Assembly (NCBI GenBank): GCA_033762295.1
Contig: JANRLW010000044.1
Coordinates: forward strand, 1 to 38,250
Source of the DNA: Capsulimonadales bacterium
GTDB taxonomy: Bacteria; Armatimonadota; Armatimonadia; Armatimonadales; Armatimonadaceae
Direction: 5' to 3'
DNA: 38,250 nucleotides
Below are positions 1 to 9,128 of this stretch, piece by piece. The stretch's first letter is position 1. Each line of letters opens with the position of its first letter. A program made the translations under genes and the position numbers. The notes under the pieces are model-generated. The model saw nothing but the letters and a program-made list of their open reading frames with translations. It did not search any database and was not told where the DNA came from.

Positions 1-2139
1 GGTGCTTCGTCGCCGGGTCCGCCGCTGCCGCAACGGAGTGCTGCCGATCTTGGCGGCCAGTTCCGGATCGCTGAGGCCGAGCGGGAGGCGACGGTTGGCC
101 CCCGGATACCCTCGCTGGATCGGAACCGCGGCTTTCATAAACCGGGACCAGATCGGTCCGCAGGTCATACCGCCGAAGGTATCCGCGACAAGGGGTTTAT
201 ACTCGATGATGCGCTTCTTGTTTTTGACGGTCTTCTTGACGCCGCAAAGCCAGACGGCTGTGGACAGTTCCGGAGTGTAGCCAATGAACCAGATGTCCCG
301 CCGTTCGTTCGTGGTTCCCGTCTTTCCGTGGGCGTCCGGAATCTCCTTGACCGGACGACCGGTTCCCTGGGTCACGACTTTTCTCAGGATTCCGTCCATC
401 TGGGTAGCGACGTACTCCGGAATGGCGTTGCGCCGGATTCTGGGCTCGTTGTTCAGAATGAGATTCCCTTCCGAGTCCAGCACCCGGATGATGCACATGG
501 GCGCGGCATGATTGCCCCGGTTCGGGAAGACGGAGTAGACGGACGCCATCTCCAGCGGCGAAACGGCCTGTGTGCCGAGGGCGATCGAATAATCGCGCCG
601 GAAGCCGGAGGTGTCGACCCCCATCGCTTTCGCGGTATCGAAGATGGGATTCAAGCCGATCGCTTTGGTGACCCGGACCGCCGGGATGTTCATGGAGTTC
701 TCGACCGCCCGGCTGACAGTGACACTTCCGCCGGACCCCTTGTCGAAGTTGCGCGGGGTCCATGCGTAACGCCCGCTTCCCAGGGTGATCCGCTCGTTAC
801 TGACGTAAGTATCGGGGCCGTAACGACCGGTTTTGAAGGCTGCCGAGTAGATGATCGCCTTGAACGTCGATCCGGGTTGCCGCCGCCCCTGCGCGGCGTT
901 ATTGTACTCATCCTTCTTATAGTCGTAACCGCCGACCATAGCGCGGATGTAGCCGGTTTTGGGTTCGACACAGACCAGTGCGCCGTCGGTGACGCCTTTG
1001 CCGCGCGCGGCGTTGATGCCGTTTACCAGAGCCGCTTCCGCCTCCCGCTGCATCCGGTAGTTCAGCGTCGTATAGATCTCCAACCCGCCGTTATAAAGCA
1101 GCTGCTTGAATTCGTCCTTCCAGCGATCGCCATACTGCCGCTCCAACCCCGGCCGCATCTGTTCCCGGAACTGTCGAAGGACATGGTTGACAAAGTACGG
1201 CGATTTGAAGTTGGCGTTTTCCGGGTCCGGTTCCGGCGCAAGTTTGATCTTTTCCTTTTTTGCCTTGCGTATCTGTTCGGGGGTGGCCATCTCGGCGATG
1301 ACGCCGTTCTCGTCCGCGACCTTGCCACGGAGTTCGACCATTTTGTTGAGAACGACATCCCGCCGTTTTTTCGCGTCGTCGAGGTGGTGAAACAGTTCGA
1401 ACGCTGAGGGACGTTGCGGGATACCGGCCAGCAGGGCGGCTTCTCCCAGGGTCAGTTTGTTCAACGGCTTGTTGAAATAGACCTTGGCGGCGGCCTTGAT
1501 GCCGAACGTGTTCGCCCCGTAACAGACCTCGTTCAGATACATCATGAGGATCTGTTGTTTCGTAAACGTCTGTTCGATCTGCAGGGCGAGCATCATCTCC
1601 TGAAGTTTCCGGTTGATGGTCTTCTTCTTGGTCAGGAAGATGTTTCGCGCCAGCTGCTGTGTGACGGTCGACGCTCCTTCGCCCATATGCCGTGTCTGCA
1701 CGTTGCGGTAAAGGGCGCGTCCGATCGCCCAGAGGTCGATGCCACGGTGTTCGTAGAACCGCTCATCCTCGATGGCCACGGTCGCATCCAGAACGACCTT
1801 CGGAATCTCACGGATATCCGCGGGTTCCTTGTACTGTCCGAATATCTCGCCGAGCTGGACGGGCGCTCCGGTTTTGGGGTCCTTGTCGGTGGCGTAGATC
1901 CGGGTGATTCCGCCGGGCCGGTACTCCACCAGCTGGTCCATCGCCGGCAGACTGCTTTTGATGTCGTAAAAGACGTAGGTGGCGTAGAGTATGCCGGCCA
2001 GGGCGACCAGCAGTCCGAGGAAGATGATCACCCCGAAAAACATCGCGACCCGTTCCCACCACGGCGTGGAAACGACGGTTCGCGAATGCTTTCCTGTCGA
2101 CGAGACGGTGCGATTCCTGCGTGGTGCGACGGTCGCCAT
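1..2139 (-). CDS. Class A penicillin-binding protein (PBP1A family transglycosylase/transpeptidase); 3' end runs off the window
   Basis: Translated by hand because it has no stop in the window and is absent from the ORF track. ATG at 2139 follows GGAGG. It has an N-terminal TM helix, GT51 motifs (EDERFYEHRGID, GASTVTQQLARN, RKLQE) and transpeptidase motifs STFK, SMN and KTGT. Confidence 0.95.
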   Translation of the reverse strand, partial: MATVAPRRNRTVSSTGKHSRTVVSTPWWERVAMFFGVIIFLGLLVALAGILYATYVFYDIKSSLPAMDQLVEYRPGGITRIYATDKDPKTGAPVQLGEIFGQYKEPADIREIPKVVLDATVAIEDERFYEHRGIDLWAIGRALYRNVQTRHMGEGASTVTQQLARNIFLTKKKTINRKLQEMMLALQIEQTFTKQQILMMYLNEVCYGANTFGIKAAAKVYFNKPLNKLTLGEAALLAGIPQRPSAFELFHHLDDAKKRRDVVLNKMVELRGKVADENGVIAEMATPEQIRKAKKEKIKLAPEPDPENANFKSPYFVNHVLRQFREQMRPGLERQYGDRWKDEFKQLLYNGGLEIYTTLNYRMQREAEAALVNGINAARGKGVTDGALVCVEPKTGYIRAMVGGYDYKKDEYNNAAQGRRQPGSTFKAIIYSAAFKTGRYGPDTYVSNERITLGSGRYAWTPRNFDKGSGGSVTVSRAVENSMNIPAVRVTKAIGLNPIFDTAKAMGVDTSGFRRDYSIALGTQAVSPLEMASVYSVFPNRGNHAAPMCIIRVLDSEGNLILNNEPRIRRNAIPEYVATQMDGILRKVVTQGTGRPVKEIPDAHGKTGTTNERRDIWFIGYTPELSTAVWLCGVKKTVKNKKRIIEYKPLVADTFGGMTCGPIWSRFMKAAVPIQRGYPGANRRLPLGLSDPELAAKIGSTPLRQRRTRRRST

Positions 2140-2210
2140 GAAACCTCCCGGGAAACGTGCGCGGAGACCGAAACAGGCGATTCGGCCCCCCGGTCATTTG
2201 AACGGACGAA

Positions 2211-4184
2211 CTACCTTTTGATGTACTTACGTTTGGCGCGGTCCGTTCCTAAATCGCGCTTCTTGGCATCGAATTTCCATTGCGGTTGTCCGGGGCGTTG
2301 CACGAAACACTGATAAAACGAGAGAATCGACGCCAATTTTCGGCGGGTGACCCGGCGAACGATATTTATTTCGGTCATCGCCTGAACAAAGTCAAGCCCC
2401 TTCGGGTAGTGCGCCAGAACCTCGCAGGCGATGTCGAAAGTGGCCATATCGCCGCTTTCCTCGCTCTGTTCCCGGAGCGCCAGCAGTTCGGTCAACCGCG
2501 TCGAAGGGACATAGACCTGGGCATCGTTCTCCGTCGGTTCGAAACGGTATTCATACGGACGCCCGGTACGATGAAGAAGAAAGGCCGCGCCGGAATCCGC
2601 ATTCAGGTTTTCGTACAGTCCGAACAGATTGAAGCAGAGCCGCTGTTCATTGTTGACGATGACATTGTGGGTTTCGCCGTTCGAGTCACGCAACGTTATC
2701 TCAATCACCGGCGCATCGGTCGGGAAGAACCCTTCCGGCACCTGGCAGAGCGGAAAAGTCCCGATTTCCTTATGATGGGCCTTGACGACCAGACGCAGCG
2801 TTTCGGCCTCGGGCGATTCGGTTCCGGTGTATCGCCCCTCCTCGTCGCCGGCGTCCTGGGCGAGCGGGGCAAGTATATCATGCCGCAGACTGCCGGCAAA
2901 ACCCTCGTCCTCGATCTCCTCGTCCATGATTTCGCCGTCCATGGACACGAACTGAAGTTCGGGAAACTGCAGGAACTCGGGCACCGAATAAACGAACGGC
3001 GGAAGCGAATCCGGCTCTCGGAAGCGTCCCGCGCCGACATATAAAAACCGTTCGTCCTCTTTGAGGCGCGCTTCCAGGGTTTCGACATCGGCCCGGAACG
3101 AGGGATCGCCGGGCACGATCTCAAATCGCAGGGCGAGCAGTTCTCCGGTCTCGATCGGAGTCTCCCGGCCGACGAGGATCTGCGAGAGGGCGGCCAGGTC
3201 CTCCTCGGTGATATCGAGCGGCTTGTCCTCGGCGACCGGTTCCGGTTCGGGCGCGGTCATTTCCGGTTCGGGCGTGATCGGAGCGGCTTCCGGTTCGTCC
3301 GGTTCGACCGACGTTACCGGGAGTTCGACCGGTCGGGCAACGGGTGTCGGCTCCGCGGCGCGAGCATCCTCCCGCGCATCCTCGGCGGACAGCGCCACGC
3401 CCCGGGCTTCGAGAAGCAGTTCGAGACGGTCGGCGTGGCTGCGGGTGATCCAGCGTCCGCCCTTCTTGCCGGACAACCAGACGAGACGACTGTCGGACAG
3501 ACAGGCGGAAAGGTGCGCCCGGGAATCGTACTTCTCCTGAAGGACCAGCCAGGCAAGAACCCCCAGAAGCCGATGCGGCAGGGGACGTTTGACCGCCTCG
3601 ATCAGCCGGAACGTGGCTTCGGCGTAACGGGTCGGACCCCAGTTCACCCGGCGGGAGGCGTCGATCAGGTTCACCAGGGGGGCGCGCCGAAGTCCGTTAT
3701 CGGCGAACACGGCGTCCTCATCCTCGCCGCCCGTGACCGGGAGCCAGTCGACCGGACCGTACTCGTTGCCCGTGGTTTTGAAGTAGAGCGACTCGTTCCG
3801 CATCATCCGCGCCAGCATCTGGAGATAGACATCGCTCGGACGATCGTAGACGATCGACAATTCCGTCGCCATCTGGGCCACGGACAGGGGACGCCCGGCG
3901 GAATGCAGGACTTCGGCGAGATTCCGTTCCGTCGGACGGGATCGGTCCAGAAAACGAGCGGCAATATCCCAGAGACGTCCGACCAGGAGAAACCGCGCCG
4001 AATCGTTCAGCACCCGCCGGACAACGGCGACCGTGATGCGCGGATTATCGATCTCCAGCGTGATTTCGGAAACCTTCGCGGCCTCGCCCCGTTCCAGAAG
4101 CGCGTTATACACGAGATCATTCAAATATTCCTCGGCCAGAAGCGCTTCGTGCTGATCACGCTCCGCCTGTGATGTTGTAGCCAA
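2211..4184 (-). CDS. Hypothetical 657-aa cytoplasmic protein with several winged-helix (HARE-HTH/RNAP delta-like) repeats and an acidic Pro/Glu linker
   Basis: Long ORF with TTG start after GGAGG, co-oriented with rimO and the PBP gene. The domain call is by eye from a repeated helix-helix-helix-beta-wing pattern. Confidence 0.75.
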   Translation of the reverse strand: MATTSQAERDQHEALLAEEYLNDLVYNALLERGEAAKVSEITLEIDNPRITVAVVRRVLNDSARFLLVGRLWDIAARFLDRSRPTERNLAEVLHSAGRPLSVAQMATELSIVYDRPSDVYLQMLARMMRNESLYFKTTGNEYGPVDWLPVTGGEDEDAVFADNGLRRAPLVNLIDASRRVNWGPTRYAEATFRLIEAVKRPLPHRLLGVLAWLVLQEKYDSRAHLSACLSDSRLVWLSGKKGGRWITRSHADRLELLLEARGVALSAEDAREDARAAEPTPVARPVELPVTSVEPDEPEAAPITPEPEMTAPEPEPVAEDKPLDITEEDLAALSQILVGRETPIETGELLALRFEIVPGDPSFRADVETLEARLKEDERFLYVGAGRFREPDSLPPFVYSVPEFLQFPELQFVSMDGEIMDEEIEDEGFAGSLRHDILAPLAQDAGDEEGRYTGTESPEAETLRLVVKAHHKEIGTFPLCQVPEGFFPTDAPVIEITLRDSNGETHNVIVNNEQRLCFNLFGLYENLNADSGAAFLLHRTGRPYEYRFEPTENDAQVYVPSTRLTELLALREQSEESGDMATFDIACEVLAHYPKGLDFVQAMTEINIVRRVTRRKLASILSFYQCFVQRPGQPQWKFDAKKRDLGTDRAKRKYIKR

Positions 4185-4307
4185 ACAAGTGCCTCCACTC
4201 GAAGCCGTACCCTTTCGCGGAACCGACCGACCGTCGGCGATTCCTGCGAAATGAGCGATGCGGCAAAAATAAAATCGCGAACGTTGAATCGGATGATCGC
4301 CACAGGG

Positions 4308-5696
4308 TCACGGTTGCGCCGGTTCCGCCACCAGGTCGTACGGGCGAGCTTCCGTGAGACGTACTCGCAGCCAGTCTCCGGGAGCGACCGGAGGAGGGGG
4401 CGTTCGGTCATCGATCGCTACCAGGATGGTGCCATCGATCTCGGGCGCGTCCCGCCAGGAGCGTCCGACCGCATATTTTCCCCGTCGACCTTCAACCAGT
4501 ATCTCGGTTTCCGTCCCGACCCAGCGCTGATTGCCGCAGAGCGCGATCGGCTGCTGCAACTCCATCAGTTCCCGCCGCCGCGTTTCCGCGACCTTCTTCG
4601 GGACACGCGGCGTCATCTCAAAACCGGGCGTTCCGTCCTCCGGCGAATAGGTAAAGACGCCGACCCGGTCAAAGCGGGACCGGGTGACGAACTCCTTCAG
4701 ATGATCGAATGCGTTTTCATCCTCGCCCGGAAAGCCCACCAGAAACGTCGTCCGGATCGCGATATCGGGCATCGCCGTTCGCAGACGATCGAACAACCGC
4801 AGGTAGGACCCGACGCTGCCGCCCCGTTTCATACGCTTCAGCATCTCGTCGTCGCCATGCTGCAGGGGAATATCGACGTAATGGGCGACGTTCGGCGTGT
4901 CCGCCATCGTCCGAATCAGACGATCCGTCATCATCGTCGGGTAGCAGTAGAGCAACCGTACCCAGCGCAACCCGTCGATGCGGCCCAGCGCCTCCAGGAG
5001 TCGGGAGAGAGCCAGTTCGCCGTAGAGGTCCATGCCATAGGCGGTGACATCCTGAGCGATCAGGTTGATCTCGGTTACGCCGCCCTCGACAAGACGTTGC
5101 GCCTCGTCGATCAGCCGTTCGAGCGGCTTGGATCGATGCCGTCCGCGGAATTTCGGAATCGCGCAGAAGGTACAGGCGTGGTCGCACCCCTCCGAAACCT
5201 TCAAGTAGGCGGTCCAGGGGGCGGTCGCCCGGAGCCGCGCGGGTGGAATCAGAGGGTATTTTTCCTCCAGGTCGGCCGGGGCAACCGTCGGTCCCGTCGC
5301 GATCGGCCCCGAACCCAGAACCGGCAGGGAGCGTCCCCGACCGCCAAAGACGACTCCGGCGATCTGAGGCGCGGACTGGATTCCCAGAAAGGCGTCGACT
5401 TCGGGAATCTCGGCGGCCAGTTCGGAACCGTATCTCTGGGCCAGGCAACCGGTCACGACGACCTGGCGCACCTGCCCTTTCTTCTTCTTCCGAACGGCAT
5501 CGAGGATCGCATCGATGCTTTCCTGCTTCGCGCTTTCAATGAAGGCGCAGGTATTGACGACCAGGACGTCGGCGTTCCGTGTGTCGCCCGTGAACTCCGC
5601 CTGCCCGGTCTCCGCCAGCGCACCGAGCATCTCCTCGGCATCCACCAGATTTTTGGGGCAGCCCAGACTGACCAACCCGATGCGCGTTTTTGTCAT
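4308..5696 (-). CDS. rimO: Ribosomal protein S12 methylthiotransferase RimO
   Basis: N-terminal SLGCPKNLVDAE, VVNTCAFIESAKQESI and VTGCLAQRY; radical SAM motif CDHACTFC; TRAM domain with DAPEIDG. Start trimmed to MTKTRIG at 5696. Confidence 0.95.
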   Translation of the reverse strand: MTKTRIGLVSLGCPKNLVDAEEMLGALAETGQAEFTGDTRNADVLVVNTCAFIESAKQESIDAILDAVRKKKKGQVRQVVVTGCLAQRYGSELAAEIPEVDAFLGIQSAPQIAGVVFGGRGRSLPVLGSGPIATGPTVAPADLEEKYPLIPPARLRATAPWTAYLKVSEGCDHACTFCAIPKFRGRHRSKPLERLIDEAQRLVEGGVTEINLIAQDVTAYGMDLYGELALSRLLEALGRIDGLRWVRLLYCYPTMMTDRLIRTMADTPNVAHYVDIPLQHGDDEMLKRMKRGGSVGSYLRLFDRLRTAMPDIAIRTTFLVGFPGEDENAFDHLKEFVTRSRFDRVGVFTYSPEDGTPGFEMTPRVPKKVAETRRRELMELQQPIALCGNQRWVGTETEILVEGRRGKYAVGRSWRDAPEIDGTILVAIDDRTPPPPVAPGDWLRVRLTEARPYDLVAEPAQP

Positions 5697-5750
5697 TTTC
5701 CTGCTATCTGTATTTTCTGTATGAAGGATCGGCGGCGTGCGCCGCCGCAC

Positions 5751-5795
5751 AGACAAAAGCCGCCGCACCCCTGCAAGGCAAGAGATTTCGGCGGC
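5751..5795 (-). terminator. Intrinsic-terminator-like hairpin in the rimO leader
   Basis: Minus strand GCCGCCG...CGGCGGC stem with an inner CTCTTGC/GCAGGGG pairing, followed by TTTTGTCT. Confidence 0.55.
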
Positions 5796-5809
5796 CCGTT
5801 GAACAGTAC

Positions 5810-5838
5810 ATTATACGTCGCGGCGTTACGACTGTCAA
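5810..5838 (-). promoter_or_regulatory. Sigma70-type promoter upstream of rimO
   Basis: Minus strand reads TTGACA (5838-5833), a 17-nt spacer, then TATAAT (5815-5810): a perfect consensus. Confidence 0.85.
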
Positions 5839-5878
5839 TGCGCGTTGTGCAAGTCCGTCAAGAGAGGGTTTTTCGACA

Positions 5879-6376
5879 TCAACGGTAATTGACGAACTGC
5901 AAGGGGACATCGAGTTCCGCCGCCCGCAGCATCGCAATCACCGTCTGGAGGTCATCCCTGGATTTCCCCGTAACACGAACCTGGTCGCCCTGAATCGCGG
6001 CCTGAACCTTCAGGCCCTTGTCCTTGATCAGCTTGACGACCTTTTTGGCGTTGTCGGAGTCCAACCCCTGCCGGATTTTGACTTCCTGGCGGACCGTGCC
6101 TCTGGCCGCATCCTCCACTTCCCCCATGTCCAGGGCGCGGATGTCGATACCGCGCCGATGCATCTTGCTCTGCAGGACATCGACCACGGACTTCATTCGG
6201 GTCTCATTGTCGCTGGTCAGGGTCATCGTGAGCGCCTTCTCGTCCAGATCGATCTCGCTGACGCTCCCCTTGAAATCGAATCGGGACTCGATCTCCTTAC
6301 GCGCCTGATCCACCGCGTTGCGCAGTTCCTGCAAATCCACTTTGGAAACAATATCGAACGAACTATCCGTTGCCAT
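5879..6376 (-). CDS. yajQ: YajQ family cyclic-di-GMP/nucleotide-binding protein
   Basis: SFDIVSKVDLQE..NAVDQA.KEI..RFDFKGS and C-terminal IQGDQVRVTGKSRDDLQ...PLQFVNYR; 165 aa. Confidence 0.95.
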   Translation of the reverse strand: MATDSSFDIVSKVDLQELRNAVDQARKEIESRFDFKGSVSEIDLDEKALTMTLTSDNETRMKSVVDVLQSKMHRRGIDIRALDMGEVEDAARGTVRQEVKIRQGLDSDNAKKVVKLIKDKGLKVQAAIQGDQVRVTGKSRDDLQTVIAMLRAAELDVPLQFVNYR

Positions 6377-6456
6377 ACCGCGTTACCTCCCTGCCGGACC
6401 GGGCGCGGAGTCGGGACGCCGCATCGCCGGAGTTAATGACGAAGTATACCCCGTGG

Positions 6457-8958
6457 CTAGTCCGTACCGGGTGGGGCGAACATCGCATCGGCCTGTTCGC
6501 GGGAGATCAGAATCTCCCGGGGTTTCGCTCCGTCCAGCGGACCGACGATGCCCCGCTGCTCCATCAGGTCCACCAGGCGCGCCGCGCGGGTATAGCCGAT
6601 CTTGAAGCGTCGTTGCAGCATCGAGGTCGACGCACTGCCGCCCGAAACCACCAGTTTGACCGCCGACTCGAACAGTTCGTCCTCCGCCGCCTCCTCGCCC
6701 GAGTCATTGTCGCCGTCGGACAGGGACAGCGACGACGGAAGCACCTCGAAGGACGGCTGAGCCTGCGATTTCAGGTACTCCACCAGCGACTCGGTCTCCT
6801 GTTCGGAAACGAAACACCCCTGGATTCGCATCGGCTTGGTGGCGTCCATCGGCATGAAAAGCATATCGCCGCGCCCGATCAGGCGGTCCGCGCCGACCGA
6901 GTCCAGGATGGTACGCGAGTCGACCGCCGAGTTGACGGCGAACGCGATGCGCGAGGAGATGTTCGCCTTGATCGTTCCCGTAATGACGTTCACCGACGGA
7001 CGCTGGGTCGCGATGACCAGATGGATGCCGGTCGCGCGGGCCAGTTGCGCCAGCCGACAGATCGCCGTTTCAATCTCCGGTCCCGACGTCATCATCAGGT
7101 CCGCCAGTTCATCGACCACGATCACCCAGTACGGAAGCCGCTCGTCCTCCGGAACCTTGCTGTTGTACCCTTCCAGGTTCCGGGTCTGCATCTTCGCGAA
7201 ACGATCGTAACGGGTCTCCATCTCCTTGAGCGCCTGCTTGAAGACCGACGGCGCCTGTTTGACGTTGGTGATGACGGGGGCCGCCAGGTGCGGGATACCC
7301 TCATACAGCGACAGTTCGACCTTCTTCGGGTCGATCATCAGGAACTTCAGTTCGCGCGGAGTGCAGCGGTAGAGCAGCGAGCAGATCAGCGTGTTCAGTC
7401 CCACCGACTTCCCCGAACCGGTGGAACCGCCGATCAGGAGATGGGGCATTTTGGCGAGGTCGGCGTAGCGGCAGGTCCCGGTGACGTCCTTGCCGAGGGC
7501 GAAGGTGAGTTTTGACGGCGAGTTCAGAAATTCGGGTCGATCGATGACATCGCGCAGGGTGACGGTCTGCCGCGTTTCGTTCGGGACTTCGATACCGATG
7601 GCGGATTTTCCGGGGATCGGAGCCTCGATGCGGACATCGATCGCCGCCAGAGCCATCGCCAGATTGTCGGCCAGCGAGACGATCTTACTGACCTTGATCC
7701 CGCGATCCAGTTCCACTTCATAACGAGTGATCGTCGGCCCGTGCGCGATATTGGCGACATCCGCGCCGACGCCGAAGTCCTCCAGGGTCTGCAGAAGGAT
7801 CTCTCGCCGCTCCTCGGACTCCCCGGACTCCTTCGGCGCGGGACTGCCGGGTTTGAGCAACTGCATCGACGGCAGGACAAACTTTCGGACCGCCTCCAGA
7901 GCGGGGGCGTTCGGATCGGGACCACGCGGGGCGGGGGGCGCGGACGGCTGAATCGCCTCGGTGGTGGCGATGAGAACGGGAGCGATCGGCTCCTCCTCCG
8001 GTTCGTCCGTTTCGGGAGCGGACAACTCCTCCATTCCGGGAAGGGGTGGCTGCTCGCGGCGACGGAAGGAGAACAGGCCGGGGCGGGAGAGAGGTTTGCC
8101 TTTGGGCGTACCCGCCTGAGGGGCGTCGGTCTCGCCCGGCTCCGGGGTCCGGCGAACGAACAGGCGTCGTCCGAACCGACCGTTGTCCGGTTTGTCGGCG
8201 ACGGTGTCGGCCGTACCGGTGTCGACCGTTCCGGGAGTGAGACGATTTTCACGCCGTTGCGCGATCCGGACGCGGGCGGTTTCCAGGCCGGAGCGGGCCG
8301 CCTTACGGCCGGCCTCCGCACCCCGACCCAGAAGCCGATCGATGGGACCGAGCAGGGCGGGAAGGGGAATGTCGGTCAGGTACAGCAGAGCGACCAGCGA
8401 CAGCGCGAAGAAGAAGATATGGCCGCCGACGGTTCCGACCGCCGTTCGCAGACACCAGGACAGGCCCGCGCCGACATAGCCGCCGTAATTGAGCAGGTTA
8501 TCGAGAGCGAAATGGCCGGCGGGGGGCGCGTGACCGAGGTGCCACCAGGAGATGTAGACCAGATAGGCGAAGACGGCTCCGCCCACATTATCCCAGGACC
8601 GGCTGCGCCCGACGGCCAGGAGAAGACCGCAGACCAGGAGAACGACCGGGAACGCCCAGACGCCGACGCCGACGATCAGGCGCATCCCGGCAATGACCGC
8701 CGAGCCGAAGACGTTCTCGCCCGGTCGGGCGGCGGGCCACAGCAGGGTGGCGAGGAGGATCAGTGCGGCGGTGACCAGGGAGACGCCCAGAACGTCGTAC
8801 AGGAGGCGTGTGTTGGCGCGGCGGCGCGGCGGACGTCCGGGACGTTCGGCCTTGGTCGGCGCGGGTCGGCGCGGGGCGGCCTTGGTCGGCGCGGATTCCC
8901 GGTTTCCGGCGGATCGGGTCGTGGTCGCCATAGATGAATTCCGTTTGCTCCCACCCAT
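6457..8958 (-). CDS. ftsK: DNA translocase FtsK/SpoIIIE
   Basis: N-terminal 4TM region, Pro-rich linker, GPTITRYE, RIEAPIPGKSAIGIEVPN, Walker A GSTGSGKS, VVDELADLMM, ATQRPS and gamma domain LQRRFKIGYTRAARL. The true start may be ATG at 8931. Confidence 0.96.
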   Translation of the reverse strand: MGGSKRNSSMATTTRSAGNRESAPTKAAPRRPAPTKAERPGRPPRRRANTRLLYDVLGVSLVTAALILLATLLWPAARPGENVFGSAVIAGMRLIVGVGVWAFPVVLLVCGLLLAVGRSRSWDNVGGAVFAYLVYISWWHLGHAPPAGHFALDNLLNYGGYVGAGLSWCLRTAVGTVGGHIFFFALSLVALLYLTDIPLPALLGPIDRLLGRGAEAGRKAARSGLETARVRIAQRRENRLTPGTVDTGTADTVADKPDNGRFGRRLFVRRTPEPGETDAPQAGTPKGKPLSRPGLFSFRRREQPPLPGMEELSAPETDEPEEEPIAPVLIATTEAIQPSAPPAPRGPDPNAPALEAVRKFVLPSMQLLKPGSPAPKESGESEERREILLQTLEDFGVGADVANIAHGPTITRYEVELDRGIKVSKIVSLADNLAMALAAIDVRIEAPIPGKSAIGIEVPNETRQTVTLRDVIDRPEFLNSPSKLTFALGKDVTGTCRYADLAKMPHLLIGGSTGSGKSVGLNTLICSLLYRCTPRELKFLMIDPKKVELSLYEGIPHLAAPVITNVKQAPSVFKQALKEMETRYDRFAKMQTRNLEGYNSKVPEDERLPYWVIVVDELADLMMTSGPEIETAICRLAQLARATGIHLVIATQRPSVNVITGTIKANISSRIAFAVNSAVDSRTILDSVGADRLIGRGDMLFMPMDATKPMRIQGCFVSEQETESLVEYLKSQAQPSFEVLPSSLSLSDGDNDSGEEAAEDELFESAVKLVVSGGSASTSMLQRRFKIGYTRAARLVDLMEQRGIVGPLDGAKPREILISREQADAMFAPPGTD

Positions 8959-9042
8959 GAAACCATGGGGTTACCATCGTTCGGCAGGGCGCTTCTACCC
9001 GTTTCCGGTGGCGCCTGTCATTCGTTGACAATCCTTTACCGC

Positions 9043-9072
9043 AGTATAACCGGCAAACAATAATGCCGTCAA
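9043..9072 (-). promoter_or_regulatory. Probable sigma70 promoter of ftsK
   Basis: Minus strand TTGACG (9072-9067), 18-nt spacer, TATACT (9048-9043) in an AT-richer intergenic patch. Confidence 0.6.
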
Positions 9073-9092
9073 TGTTCGCTCCGGAGGGCGGG

Positions 9093-9125
9093 CGTGTGAG
9101 GGTCGTGTAAGGGGCGTGTGAGGGG
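9093..9125. repeat. Three tandem 11-bp direct repeats; candidate SARP operator
   Basis: CGTGTGAGGGT / CGTGTAAGGGG / CGTGTGAGGGG at 9093, 9104 and 9115, starting 3 nt after the SARP gene stop. Confidence 0.75.
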
Positions 9126-9128
9126 CGA

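Noticed and set aside
328..2313. Plus-strand ORFs of 359 aa and 299 aa
   Set aside because: Antisense to the PBP gene, with no independent motifs.
9025..9050. Plus-strand TTGACA...TATAAC as an antisense promoter into the SARP gene
   Set aside because: The spacer is only 14 nt, too short for sigma70.
9093..9125. Tandem repeats as a CRISPR array or VNTR
   Set aside because: Units are only 11 bp with no spacers and no cas genes; an operator interpretation fits better.
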